Shown here one piece after another: positions 9,114 through 20,882 of a DNA stretch of 40,905 nucleotides. Origin of the DNA: Deltaproteobacteria bacterium (GTDB lineage Bacteria > JAEEML01). The DNA lies in assembly GCA_016283195.1 (NCBI GenBank), contig JAEEML010000040.1:1-40905 (forward strand). The letters run 5' to 3'. The notes below the pieces were generated by a model, which had not been told where the DNA came from, did not search any database, and saw only the letters and a program-made list of their open reading frames with translations. How positions within the stretch are numbered: the first letter of the stretch is position 1; each line of letters starts with the position of its first letter. The translations under genes were made by a program, and so were the position numbers.

Positions 9114-10868
9114 TTATTTACCTTGCCTCGCGGCAAAGGCTTCTTCTTTATTATAAGTGAGGCCATAGCCGATTTTAAAATGGCCGGGGATGGAAACAGG
9201 CAATTTGCCGCTGGGTTTTGAGAGCCCCAGCACCGTTTCGGCGGCGGCGCGCTGGGCCTCTTCGCGGCTGCTATAGCTCAAAATATAGGCACTCACTTTG
9301 GAAGTGCGGCTAAAGAGATAAGGCGAGCCCATGTTTACCACAATAAACTTTTTATCAGGCAGGCGGCTCATCACCTGGGTGAGCAGATTAAGCTGATGGT
9401 TATTGATAATGGCAAAAATAATAACCTTGGCCTTATTGCCCTGAGCAACAAGACGTTCTAAATAACCTTTATTTTTCCCTCTGTTACCAATTAATGGTAT
9501 GGCCATGGTGGCCAGATTGCCCTTTTCGCTCATGGTATTTAAAAAAGTGCCGTTTGGTGCCACCACCAGAGTGCGCGGAGCAGCGCTATTTGGGGCTAGC
9601 GGCAGAATATTATGCTGATTTTTTAGCATGGTGATGGATTTATAAGCTATTTCCTGGGCCATTTGGCGATGCAGAGAATTTTCGGCTAAATGTTTATCCA
9701 CCTCAATGAGAGGTAGCGGCGTTTCATCCATAATACCGCGCTTTATTTTGAGGCGTAAAATACGCCGCACCGATTCTTCCAAGCGGGCCATAGTGATGGT
9801 GCCGTTTTCTACGGCCTCTTTGAGTGCGTTAAAAACTTCCACTTTGTTTTCCGGGTACCAGAGGATCATGGCCATATCACCGCCGGCTAAAATGGTTTGC
9901 ACTGCCGCCTGGCCGCAGCCATAGGAATTTAAAATGCCCTGCATTTCCAGGCCGTCGCTGATGATAACGCCGTCAAAACCCAGCTCTTCGCGTAGTATTT
10001 GGGTGAGTATTTTATGCGAGAGGGTGGAGGGGAGAGTTGGATCACCGGTTACCTCCGGCACAGCAATATGGGCGGTGACAATGGCATCGAGCCCAGCTTC
10101 AATAGCTGCTTTAAAGGGCACCAGCTCCACTTGATTGAGCCGCGTTTTGTCGGCCCTTATCACCGGCATATTTTGGTGCGAATCTTCGTTGGTATCGCCG
10201 TGGCCGGGAAAGTGCTTGGCCACGGATATAAGGCCGGTTTCCTGTTGGCCGCGCACAAACCAAGTGCCAAATTCGGCCACTTTTTGCGGATCTTCGCCAA
10301 AGCTTCTGGTGCCGATAACCGGGTTTAAATAATTGGAATTTACATCGAGCACTGGCGCTAAATTCATATTAAAACCAATGGTTTTTAAATCAATCCCCTG
10401 AGCCAGACCGGCCATATAAGCCATTGTCGGCGAAGTGGTGGCTCCAAGAGCCATATTGCTGGGCACTACCATGACATGGTCGGTTATGCGGGCCACATTG
10501 CCACCTTCTTGATCGAGAGACATAAAAAGCGGGATATTGCCCTGATTGGCTTTATTTATGGCTCTGATAAAGGCTGCCGCCTGGTGAGCCGATTCAATAT
10601 TGCGCGAAAAGAGGGCAACAGCGCCGGGCTTTTTGCTGTGCAGAATTTCTTCAATATGTGGCGCCATCTCCTTGCCGCCAAAGCTCACCATAAGCAGCTG
10701 GCCGATTTTGGCCTCCAGATCCATGGTGGCGATAATTTTATCTATGCGCGCCTCTATGGCTGGATCGTAGCCGGCGGTCGGAGCGGCTTTAGCGGCCGTA
10801 AAGTGGCCTAAAAACAACACAGCGGCGATTGAAAAATAAAGGTGATTTAAAAAAGCCCAATATTTCAT
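9114..10868 (-). CDS. nagZ: GH3 beta-N-acetylhexosaminidase, exported two-domain type
   Basis: DQEGG, KHFPGHGDTNEDSH, SDGLEM motifs; N-terminal signal peptide. Confidence 0.9.
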   Translation of the reverse strand: MKYWAFLNHLYFSIAAVLFLGHFTAAKAAPTAGYDPAIEARIDKIIATMDLEAKIGQLLMVSFGGKEMAPHIEEILHSKKPGAVALFSRNIESAHQAAAFIRAINKANQGNIPLFMSLDQEGGNVARITDHVMVVPSNMALGATTSPTMAYMAGLAQGIDLKTIGFNMNLAPVLDVNSNYLNPVIGTRSFGEDPQKVAEFGTWFVRGQQETGLISVAKHFPGHGDTNEDSHQNMPVIRADKTRLNQVELVPFKAAIEAGLDAIVTAHIAVPEVTGDPTLPSTLSHKILTQILREELGFDGVIISDGLEMQGILNSYGCGQAAVQTILAGGDMAMILWYPENKVEVFNALKEAVENGTITMARLEESVRRILRLKIKRGIMDETPLPLIEVDKHLAENSLHRQMAQEIAYKSITMLKNQHNILPLAPNSAAPRTLVVAPNGTFLNTMSEKGNLATMAIPLIGNRGKNKGYLERLVAQGNKAKVIIFAIINNHQLNLLTQVMSRLPDKKFIVVNMGSPYLFSRTSKVSAYILSYSSREEAQRAAAETVLGLSKPSGKLPVSIPGHFKIGYGLTYNKEEAFAARQGK

Positions 10869-12439
10869 GGTTCAAACTCAGCTACTAGGGTTGATAATTC
10901 GGCAGTTTTTTTGGCCGGAGCACTACTCATTAAAAGCGGCTGATATTTGCGAATAACTTCATCGAAAGCCGCTTTTTCGGCAGAGCTTAAAGCTGCTCCG
11001 CGCGGAAATTTTTCAGTGGCCGGGTTAATATATTTACCGCCTTTTTTGAGGCCGTAATGGAGGTGCGGGCCGGTGGAAAGGCCGGTATTGCCAGTACGCC
11101 CGATTACCTGCTTTTGGCTGACCCTATCGCCCACCCGCACGTTGAAGGCCGAAAGGTGGGCATAAAGAGCTTCATAGCCGTTGGGATAGCGCACTTTGAT
11201 ATACTTGCCGGCTCCGTTATCCTGAGCCACTTTGGTAACTGTGCCGTCGGCAACCGAGAGCACCGGAGTGCCGATGGGCACGCCATAATCAATGCCGTTG
11301 TGCTTTCTGGTGTAGCCCAAAAGCGGGTGGCGGCGATTGCCGAAATTGCTGGTCACGCGGGCAAATTTAAGTGGTGTACGCAAAAAGGCTTTGCGCACTG
11401 ATTGACCTTTTTCATCATAATAGGCATCCACATTGGGGTCTTTGCGATAAGCCTGGTGATAGCCCACAGCCCCATTATAGGCGGCAGCTAAAATTTTTGT
11501 GCTGCCGGGGACGGGCTGACCGTCAACAATTTCCCGCTCTAAAACCATGGCAAATTGGTCACCCACCCGCACTTCGCGGAAGAAATCTATTTCCCAGGAA
11601 AAAATATCGGCGAAAATAGTAGCCAGCCCCGAGGCTTCACCGGCATCGGCAATAGCTTGATAAAGCGAGCTCACCACTGTGCCATGAACGGTTTTTTGCA
11701 TTTTTGTGCTGCTAATTTGCACTTTATGGGCCTGCCACTGGCCGCTGGCCCCGTCGCGCTCCAGTTGATAGCGATCTTTTATGCCGCGCAAAAGCTCAAT
11801 GTGGGTAATCGGCTCGCTTTTTATGGCCATGAGGCGGTCTTCCGGGCGCAAAAAGCGCAAATCAAGAATAGGCGAAATGGCTTTTATGGCCGCGCTCACT
11901 TCGCCGGGCGTAAGTCCTAAATTAGCCAGTGCTTTAGCCATAGTGCCGCCGCGGCCGATGCTGATATTCACGGTTTCGAGCGGCATGGCAGTTGTTAATT
12001 CTCCTTCGGCGCTATCCGGAGCGGCGGTGTCAATAGCTGCCAGAGAGAGGTCGGCTATCGGTAAGTCGCTGTCAGAGAGAGCGGCTTTCTTTTCCTGCTC
12101 GGCTTTTATGGCCTCTTTTTTATCATTTTCAGCCTGCTTTCGCTTTAATTCTTCCTCGGCTTTAGCGGCCAGATAATCTTTAATATCGGCGCTTCTGGGG
12201 TAAATAACTGTGGGATCCGGCGATTTACGCAACGGCAGATCATTATTGCTGGTGCGCAAATTCTGAAAAGTATCCAAAGGAGATTCTTCGGTAGTAAAAA
12301 CAGCCAGATTAAAAACCAATAAAACCAGAATAATAATTGGCCAGTCGTATTTTTTTAAAAACTTTAAGATGGCCTCCCGGTTTAATTCTTTTGGCAATTT
12401 CATTTTAAATTTATTAAAATTTACCCCTCGCGTTGCCAT
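10865..12439 (-). CDS. M23 family peptidoglycan DD-endopeptidase (MepM-like)
   Basis: HNGIDY (HxxxD), YAHLS, STGPHLHY (HxH); N-terminal TM helix; 4-nt overlap with nagZ. Confidence 0.92.
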   Translation of the reverse strand: MATRGVNFNKFKMKLPKELNREAILKFLKKYDWPIIILVLLVFNLAVFTTEESPLDTFQNLRTSNNDLPLRKSPDPTVIYPRSADIKDYLAAKAEEELKRKQAENDKKEAIKAEQEKKAALSDSDLPIADLSLAAIDTAAPDSAEGELTTAMPLETVNISIGRGGTMAKALANLGLTPGEVSAAIKAISPILDLRFLRPEDRLMAIKSEPITHIELLRGIKDRYQLERDGASGQWQAHKVQISSTKMQKTVHGTVVSSLYQAIADAGEASGLATIFADIFSWEIDFFREVRVGDQFAMVLEREIVDGQPVPGSTKILAAAYNGAVGYHQAYRKDPNVDAYYDEKGQSVRKAFLRTPLKFARVTSNFGNRRHPLLGYTRKHNGIDYGVPIGTPVLSVADGTVTKVAQDNGAGKYIKVRYPNGYEALYAHLSAFNVRVGDRVSQKQVIGRTGNTGLSTGPHLHYGLKKGGKYINPATEKFPRGAALSSAEKAAFDEVIRKYQPLLMSSAPAKKTAELSTLVAEFEP

Positions 12440-12472
12440 TGTTCCCTCCTGCCACTGTCAGGTGGCGAGAGC

Positions 12473-12501
12473 AAGCTAACAGAGGAGCTATTATGTGTCA
12501 A
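12473..12501 (-). promoter_or_regulatory. Putative sigma70 promoter of the M23-nagZ operon
   Basis: TTGACA-17-TAGCTT on the minus strand. Confidence 0.5.
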
Positions 12502-12544
12502 AAAAAGAGACAAATAAAAATATAATAACTGTTTGAATTATAAT

Positions 12545-12583
12545 AAAAAAGCCGCTGTCCAAGATGATTTGGACAGCGGCTTT
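12545..12583 (-). terminator. Rho-independent terminator after rplI
   Basis: 15-bp stem AAAGCCGCTGTCCAA/TTGGACAGCGGCTTT with U-tract on the minus strand. Confidence 0.9.
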
Positions 12584-12606
12584 AAAAAATTTAAGTAGGC
12601 TTTGCT

Positions 12607-13050
12607 TTATTCAGCTACAACCGTGAGTTTCACTTCGGCTGCCACATCGGCATCGAGCTTAACCGGAATTTTGTATTCACCGAGGCTCTTAATAGGCTCG
12701 GCAATAGTGATTTTTTTGCGATCGATTTGGATACCTTCGGCCGCGAGAGCGCGTTCCACATCCATAGCAGTGACGGAACCGAAGAGTTTATCCTGCTCAC
12801 CGACTTTAGCGGCGATAGAGAGATTTAAGGCGCCTATACGCTTGGCTACATCCTCGGCAGCGGCTTTCAATTTGGCCTTTTTGTGCTCGATGATGCGCTG
12901 CTCATGTTGCATTTGGCGCACTTTGCTGGGTTCAGCTTTAATGGCTTTGCCCTGGGGGAGCAAAAAGTTACGGGCATAACCGGGTTTAACATTAACCAAA
13001 TCACCCATGCTGCCCAGTTTTTGCACATCTTCTTTTAGAATTACCTGCAT
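12607..13050 (-). CDS. rplI: 50S ribosomal protein bL9
   Basis: MQVIL..VKPGYARNFLLPQG; KLFGSVT. Confidence 0.98.
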   Translation of the reverse strand: MQVILKEDVQKLGSMGDLVNVKPGYARNFLLPQGKAIKAEPSKVRQMQHEQRIIEHKKAKLKAAAEDVAKRIGALNLSIAAKVGEQDKLFGSVTAMDVERALAAEGIQIDRKKITIAEPIKSLGEYKIPVKLDADVAAEVKLTVVAE

Positions 13051-13076
13051 TGTTTTACTCCTTTATCCCAGCTGGC

Positions 13077-13340
13077 TCAGGCTTGGCTGGCAGTGAAGGG
13101 CAGCAAAGCAAGTAAACGGGCACGCTTTACGGCCAGAGTGAGTTCACGTTGATGTTTGGCGCAGTTGCCGGAAATACGGCGAGGAATAATTTTACCGCGC
13201 TCGGTAACAAAATATTTTAAAGAACCAGGATCTTTGTAATCCAGTACTTCTTCTTTGTTGGTGCAAAAACGGCAAACTTTACGACGTTTGAAACCACGTT
13301 TTCTCAGTAAACGGGCAGTGGACATATCTTGTTGAGCCAT
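13077..13340 (-). CDS. rpsR: 30S ribosomal protein bS18
   Basis: [26 protein letters not shown]. Confidence 0.98.
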   Translation of the reverse strand: MAQQDMSTARLLRKRGFKRRKVCRFCTNKEEVLDYKDPGSLKYFVTERGKIIPRRISGNCAKHQRELTLAVKRARLLALLPFTASQA

Positions 13341-13361
13341 AATCTATAACCTCCTGAAATC

Positions 13362-13832
13362 TTACTCTTTGTCGCTGCTATCGCTGTCATCGTCATCACC
13401 GAAGCCGTCTTCGTCTTCGTTTTGACTTTGATCGCGCTCATCATCGGTATCGAGATCATTAGACTCTTCGTTTTCATCGACCTCGGCTTCATATTGCGGA
13501 CGCACGAACTCTTTGACATCGCACTCATCGGGGTTGACTTTTTCAGCCAGTTGCACGGTGAGGTAACGCATAACATTGTCAGAGATGCGCAGGTTGCGCT
13601 CCAGTTCTTTTACAGTGGGGCCTTCACCAAGATAAACAATGTGGAAATAAATACCGCGGCTCTGTTTATCAATCTCATAAGCCAGGCGTTTTTTGCCCCA
13701 GTGATTGATCTCCAGAAGTTTTCCCCCATTGCCATTAACGGTTTCTTTTAGACGTTCTACAACTGCATCGAGCACTTGGGGGGCCAGGTCGGGACGCAAA
13801 ATCATAGTTGTCTCATACTCACGTAGAAACAT
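13362..13832 (-). CDS. rpsF: 30S ribosomal protein bS6 with long acidic tail
   Basis: REYETTMILRPD, WGKKRLAYEI. Confidence 0.97.
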   Translation of the reverse strand: MFLREYETTMILRPDLAPQVLDAVVERLKETVNGNGGKLLEINHWGKKRLAYEIDKQSRGIYFHIVYLGEGPTVKELERNLRISDNVMRYLTVQLAEKVNPDECDVKEFVRPQYEAEVDENEESNDLDTDDERDQSQNEDEDGFGDDDDSDSSDKE

Positions 13833-13837
13833 TTACT

Positions 13838-13884
13838 AGCTCCTTTCGGCTAATAAAGCCCTGATTCATTCAGAGCAAGGAGTT
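13838..13884 (-). promoter_or_regulatory. S6:S18 ribosomal protein leader (cis-regulatory RNA)
   Basis: Minus strand: CUCCUU pairs with the SD AAGGAG; inner hairpin GCUCUGA/UCAGGGC; unpaired CCG just before the SD, as in the described leader. Confidence 0.7.
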
Positions 13885-13915
13885 GTTCCGCCACCATTAG
13901 CGGAAAACGTGGGGC

Positions 13916-13944
13916 CTTATAGCGAAAATCGCGGCAAAAGTCAA
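13916..13944 (-). promoter_or_regulatory. Putative promoter of the rpsF operon
   Basis: TTGACT-17-TATAAG. Confidence 0.55.
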
Positions 13945-14402
13945 GCGCTAAAGGATAATTTGTGGTAACCAATTAATTTTTGTGCTCTGCTATCTATTAG
14001 CTTTTCCCATTTATATTATTGCCATTCGCCAACGATGTGCTGTGCGGATAAAAACTATAGGCGTTTCGGGCTAAAAAGCCTTGTTATTCTCCTCATCTTC
14101 TTTTTAGTAGAGGTTTCGAACTTTTCCGTCTATGACCTTGGGAGCTATACGTTTTGGCGCCGTTCCATCATCTGGCCGCTTTTGGGGCTTTATCTGCCGG
14201 TGCTGCTCATCGATTTAATTATGTTGCTCATGGATAAAAAGCGCGCCGAAAAATTGCGCGGCCATTTGGCACCGTAATGGCCGCGGATTACTTGGCTCTT
14301 ATTTCGCAACTTTTCCCATTTTCCCTATTGCACCTTTGGCCCCTCCGTGATTATATGGCCCCGTTTTATCGGGCGCTAAAGTAGCGCGGAATAGAGGTCC
14401 TT

Positions 14403-15959
14403 ATGCTGGAATCAATGCGTCAACACTCACAATCGTTCATTATTTACTTGCTTTTCGGCATCTTAATTGTGGTCTTTACCATCAATTTCGGCCCCGGTAG
14501 CCGTGGTTGTCAGGGCGGTATGCCGGAGGTGGCTTCCGTCAACGGCGAGCCTATTGCCGAACGCGACTTTATGCGTGTTTATAGCAGATATTATCAGTAT
14601 TTATCATCTGTTTATCCTGGCTTTAGCTCCGAGCAGGCCAAGAAGATGAATCTGCGCCAAAGTGTTTTGGACGACATGATAAACAAAGTGCTTTTGGCTC
14701 AGGAAGCACAAAAGCGCGGCCTCGTAGTTACCGACGACGAACTGCGCTATGCCATCATTAACGATCCGCAATTCCAAAACGAAGGCAAGTTTGACAAAGA
14801 GGCTTATGAAAATTATGTCACCCGCTACAACGGTGTTTCCATTCATCGCTTTGAAGCGGAAAAACGGCGCGATATTTTAGCCGAAAAAATGGAAGCTCTC
14901 TTTAGTGATTCCATCACTGTTTCCGAGCAGGAGCTGGTTAATCAATACAAAATGCAAAAAGAGCGCTTAAGAGCTAAATATGTCTCCTTTAAAGCATCTG
15001 ATTATATTGCCGGTATAGTTATTGACGATGCGGCAGCCGAAAAACAGCTCGCCGATGATCTTGAAGCCGTTAAAGCTTATCATGCCAAAGAGATTTATCG
15101 CTATCGTGGCCGGCGCCGGGTGAGTATTAGCCGTATTTTAATCCCCCTCGCCGATGATGCCGATGCCGCTTCCGAAGAGGCCGCTACCGCTCTTACCAAA
15201 GAAGTGCGGGCGAAACTCGCCGCCGGTGGTGATTTTGCCGCTCTGGCCAAAGAGTACAGCAAAGGCGCTGAAGCTGCCAAAGGCGGCGCTATGGGCTTTT
15301 TGGAAGAAGATGTGGCCAATTTCCCCTTCCTGCGCGCTGTGGCCGGGAAAGGCGTAGGCGACATCGTGCCGCAGGATGTGGTGACCAAGGAAGGTTTAAA
15401 TATTGTTAAAGTGGATGAGCTTGATATTCCAAAAGCCAAAGAATTCGACGAGATTAAGATCGATGTGGCCAAAGATATGCTGAAAGAGCAAAAAGCCAAA
15501 GATATGGCCAAAGGGGCAGCTGCCGCTTGGATTGCCAAAGCGAGTGCCGAGGGCGCTAACTTGAGCGATATCACTGCCGTGAGCGAGGCTGATGCTAGTA
15601 GCGATCATCCTTACTTGCATGAAGGTGAATGGATTACCAAAGAAGCCAAAGCTATTCCCGGTGTCGGTATTAACGAAGATCTTAAGCGTGATCTCTTTGC
15701 TGCCAAAGATATTAACAAAGTGCTTCCCACTCCCTATGCCGCCGGCAACAACTTTGTGGCTGTTATCGTGGCCGAGCATGAAGCGGCCGATATGGGTGAT
15801 TTTGAAGAAAATCGTGAACTTATTAAGAGCTCTTTGAGAGAGGCCAAGCGCCGCCAGGTTTACCAGAGCTGGCTCAAAGAAATTCGCGATAATGCCCGCA
15901 TTTCCATCAAAGACAAACTCTCCGGCGCCGGTGAAGAGCTGGGCGCTTCCAATTATTAA
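14403..15959 (+). CDS. SurA N-terminal domain / PpiD-like parvulin PPIase chaperone
   Basis: MLESMR plus TM anchor, VASVNGEPI, rotamase motif FAALAKEYS..GGAMGF. Confidence 0.88.
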   Translation: MLESMRQHSQSFIIYLLFGILIVVFTINFGPGSRGCQGGMPEVASVNGEPIAERDFMRVYSRYYQYLSSVYPGFSSEQAKKMNLRQSVLDDMINKVLLAQEAQKRGLVVTDDELRYAIINDPQFQNEGKFDKEAYENYVTRYNGVSIHRFEAEKRRDILAEKMEALFSDSITVSEQELVNQYKMQKERLRAKYVSFKASDYIAGIVIDDAAAEKQLADDLEAVKAYHAKEIYRYRGRRRVSISRILIPLADDADAASEEAATALTKEVRAKLAAGGDFAALAKEYSKGAEAAKGGAMGFLEEDVANFPFLRAVAGKGVGDIVPQDVVTKEGLNIVKVDELDIPKAKEFDEIKIDVAKDMLKEQKAKDMAKGAAAAWIAKASAEGANLSDITAVSEADASSDHPYLHEGEWITKEAKAIPGVGINEDLKRDLFAAKDINKVLPTPYAAGNNFVAVIVAEHEAADMGDFEENRELIKSSLREAKRRQVYQSWLKEIRDNARISIKDKLSGAGEELGASNY

Positions 15960-15970
15960 TCTTTAAGTTC

Positions 15971-18434
<2,464 letters not shown>

Positions 18435-18920
18435 TTAAGGCATAAAGCGCACAGCCGCTCCGGCCAGAGCGCAGATAATAAGCGCCAGCCCCTCACCGAT
18501 AAAAAAGCCTTTTAGATGAAACAAATAGTTATGGTATTCTTTAACCATATCTTCAGTGCCTTTAAAAACAAAATACGGATCGTGGCAAAACCAAATAATA
18601 TCAAGAACAAGCAGATCAAACAGATTGACGATGGTAAAGAGGCAAAAACCGTGGATAAAAGCTATTAAAAAAGTTTCGCAGCCGTTTATATAACGCAAAA
18701 TCAGGCTTAATATGATGACAAACATAATAGAAGCCCCGATTTTGGCGGCCACCTTATTTTTCTGGGTGGGGATTTCAGCTTTATACTCCGGCAGCGTTTT
18801 TACTCTTTCCTGAATTTTGGGTGGGTAATTAAAGAGGGTTTTGATGGGCTTTCTGGACATAATATAAACCATGAGCCCGAATATCAGGCAGAGAACAGTG
18901 CCTTCGATAGCTATAATCAT
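18435..18920 (-). CDS. Hypothetical membrane protein (about 4 TM)
   Basis: 161-aa ORF with SD AAGGA and four hydrophobic segments; tail-to-tail with pyrG. Confidence 0.75.
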   Translation of the reverse strand: MIIAIEGTVLCLIFGLMVYIMSRKPIKTLFNYPPKIQERVKTLPEYKAEIPTQKNKVAAKIGASIMFVIILSLILRYINGCETFLIAFIHGFCLFTIVNLFDLLVLDIIWFCHDPYFVFKGTEDMVKEYHNYLFHLKGFFIGEGLALIICALAGAAVRFMP

Positions 18921-18961
18921 GTTAGTTCCTTAGGTGGGTTTAGTATGGGTCCAAAGCGCCT

Positions 18962-20686
18962 TTAGTTGGAAAGGTATTCATCGAGCTTGGCGGCAACTTT
19001 TTTGGCGAGATCGGCAGAAATTTTGCGTACTACTTTGCGTTTGGCTTCTTCTGGACTGGCCATGCCTTGCTTATTGCTGGCATCCATGGAAATAATGATT
19101 TTTTCGCTTTCGGTATCCATTATTTCGCCTTTTACCACGCCGCGGAACATATAATAAGCGCCGTTGGGGCCGCCCATGCCGGCATCTTCCAGGCGCAGGG
19201 AGACTTTAAAGATGGCGTCGATAGTGTTTTCGCTCTCTTCGCTGGCCACCTGGAAGAGCTTGCTGTTGAGTCCTTGCAACAGGGCATTGCGGATATCATC
19301 GGCAGCTTCGGCCGGGCCATCAACTTCGAGAGCAATGCTGAAGTGTTCAAGGGCCTCTAAAAGAGCGAGCTCAATATCGGAGTAGCTAATTTCCGGAGCT
19401 ATGCCCAGGCCATCGGGGTCAATAACGCGGAGGTCGCTGTTTTTCAGGGAGCGCTCGCGCAGAATACTTAAAACATTAGCCAGTTTTTTGAGCTTTTGGA
19501 AACGGGTGCCTTTACCTGCTTGCTCGAGAGCTTTATCGGCTTTGTCATCGAGATCTTCGATTTCGCTGCGCAGATTCTTGGCGGCGCTTTCGCGGTGAAT
19601 ACAGGCCAGAGCATAAATTTGGCCGTCTTTGTCTTCAAAAATTTCTTTAATTTCCACGCCGGAGAGGCTCTTTTCCGTCTCGGCGCGCACCATCTCTTCC
19701 ACTTCCTGGGCTTCGGTTATTTCGCCGTTTTTCAGGCGCTCGGATTTACCTTTTAATTTATAACCGGTGCGCGAGAGAGAAGATTGATAAGAATTTATAA
19801 CGCCGTTTATTTTTACGCTAAAAATACTGGCAATGGCGTTTTTGGCACTGTTTTCGCTGGCTTTACGCGCTCTGCCGATGCCGACGCCGCAAAGGTAAGC
19901 ATTTTCGGGATAATCGGCGGAAGGGCCATCCACCCAGTCCGGGCGGGCAGTGCGTTTAACGACTTTATCTTCTTTGGCTTCTTTTTTAGGCTCTTCTTGC
20001 TTGGGAGCGGCTGCCTGGGCCGGCGCCGGAGTGAGCGGCTCGCTACTGCGCGGCGGAACCTGCTTGGCTGCCGGCGGCTTTAACATTTTAGCCAAATCGT
20101 CAAATACTTTGTCGCCGTTTTCCACGATAAAAGCTTTGATGGTGCCCTCCTTAATGAGAGCAGCGATTTTTTCCATCTCATCCATATCCACCATGGCGAG
20201 AGCATAAAGAGTGCCGTCGCTGTCTAAAAAGCGATCGACAATTTGCGAAGCCTGGATATTCATGGCATTAGCCGCCACCATCACCGACTCGGCCACCTGT
20301 TCCTCGGAGGTGACGCCGCCGGCAGTATTGCTGGCCATGTAACTCTTGGTAATTCCGGCTACAAAAGTATTAAATACTTTGGAGAGATTGTTGCGGGCGG
20401 AAGCATCGGCAGTGGTGCGCAAAAGCGAGGGATTTTTGATGCCTGAGGCACTGCCTACGCCCCAGATCACCCGGCCGCGCTCAGCATTAAAAGCGCCGGA
20501 ACCTTTGATGACCCACTCAGGGAGGTTGCTGTTATTCTTTTTGGCAGAAGAGTTGTTTTGCGCTCCGCTTTGGGCCGCCTGAGCGGAGTTACCGGCTGGA
20601 GCGGCTTTGGGCTTACTGCCGCCGCAAGCGCCGGCCGGCAGCAGAGATAGAAGAGCTAGGGCTATTCCAATTTTTTTCATTTGCAT
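18962..20686 (-). CDS. Lipoprotein with two LPP20-like domains
   Basis: Lipobox AGAC; two PxWV..GVG..A..A..YAL modules separated by a Pro/Ala linker. Confidence 0.75.
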   Translation of the reverse strand: MQMKKIGIALALLSLLPAGACGGSKPKAAPAGNSAQAAQSGAQNNSSAKKNNSNLPEWVIKGSGAFNAERGRVIWGVGSASGIKNPSLLRTTADASARNNLSKVFNTFVAGITKSYMASNTAGGVTSEEQVAESVMVAANAMNIQASQIVDRFLDSDGTLYALAMVDMDEMEKIAALIKEGTIKAFIVENGDKVFDDLAKMLKPPAAKQVPPRSSEPLTPAPAQAAAPKQEEPKKEAKEDKVVKRTARPDWVDGPSADYPENAYLCGVGIGRARKASENSAKNAIASIFSVKINGVINSYQSSLSRTGYKLKGKSERLKNGEITEAQEVEEMVRAETEKSLSGVEIKEIFEDKDGQIYALACIHRESAAKNLRSEIEDLDDKADKALEQAGKGTRFQKLKKLANVLSILRERSLKNSDLRVIDPDGLGIAPEISYSDIELALLEALEHFSIALEVDGPAEAADDIRNALLQGLNSKLFQVASEESENTIDAIFKVSLRLEDAGMGGPNGAYYMFRGVVKGEIMDTESEKIIISMDASNKQGMASPEEAKRKVVRKISADLAKKVAAKLDEYLSN

Positions 20687-20882
20687 GGCAATCCTCTAAG
20701 GTACTTGGTTTTAAACGTACCCGATAATACATTATATAAAAGGCATTTTGGCACTTTATGGCAAGCATTATTATGAATTGTGGCATTTTCACTGGCTATT
20801 CTTCCCCAAAAGAGCTCTGGCTAATGTTTTGTAACTGCGCTAGACTACTCTCTGGCAATGGTGCCGACAAATGGAGGAATTT

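Noticed and set aside
13952-14277. Hydrophobic ORF 14035-14277 and an overlapping hydrophobic frame upstream (possible frameshifted membrane gene)
   Set aside because: No convincing start, SD or family motif; cannot be distinguished from chance.
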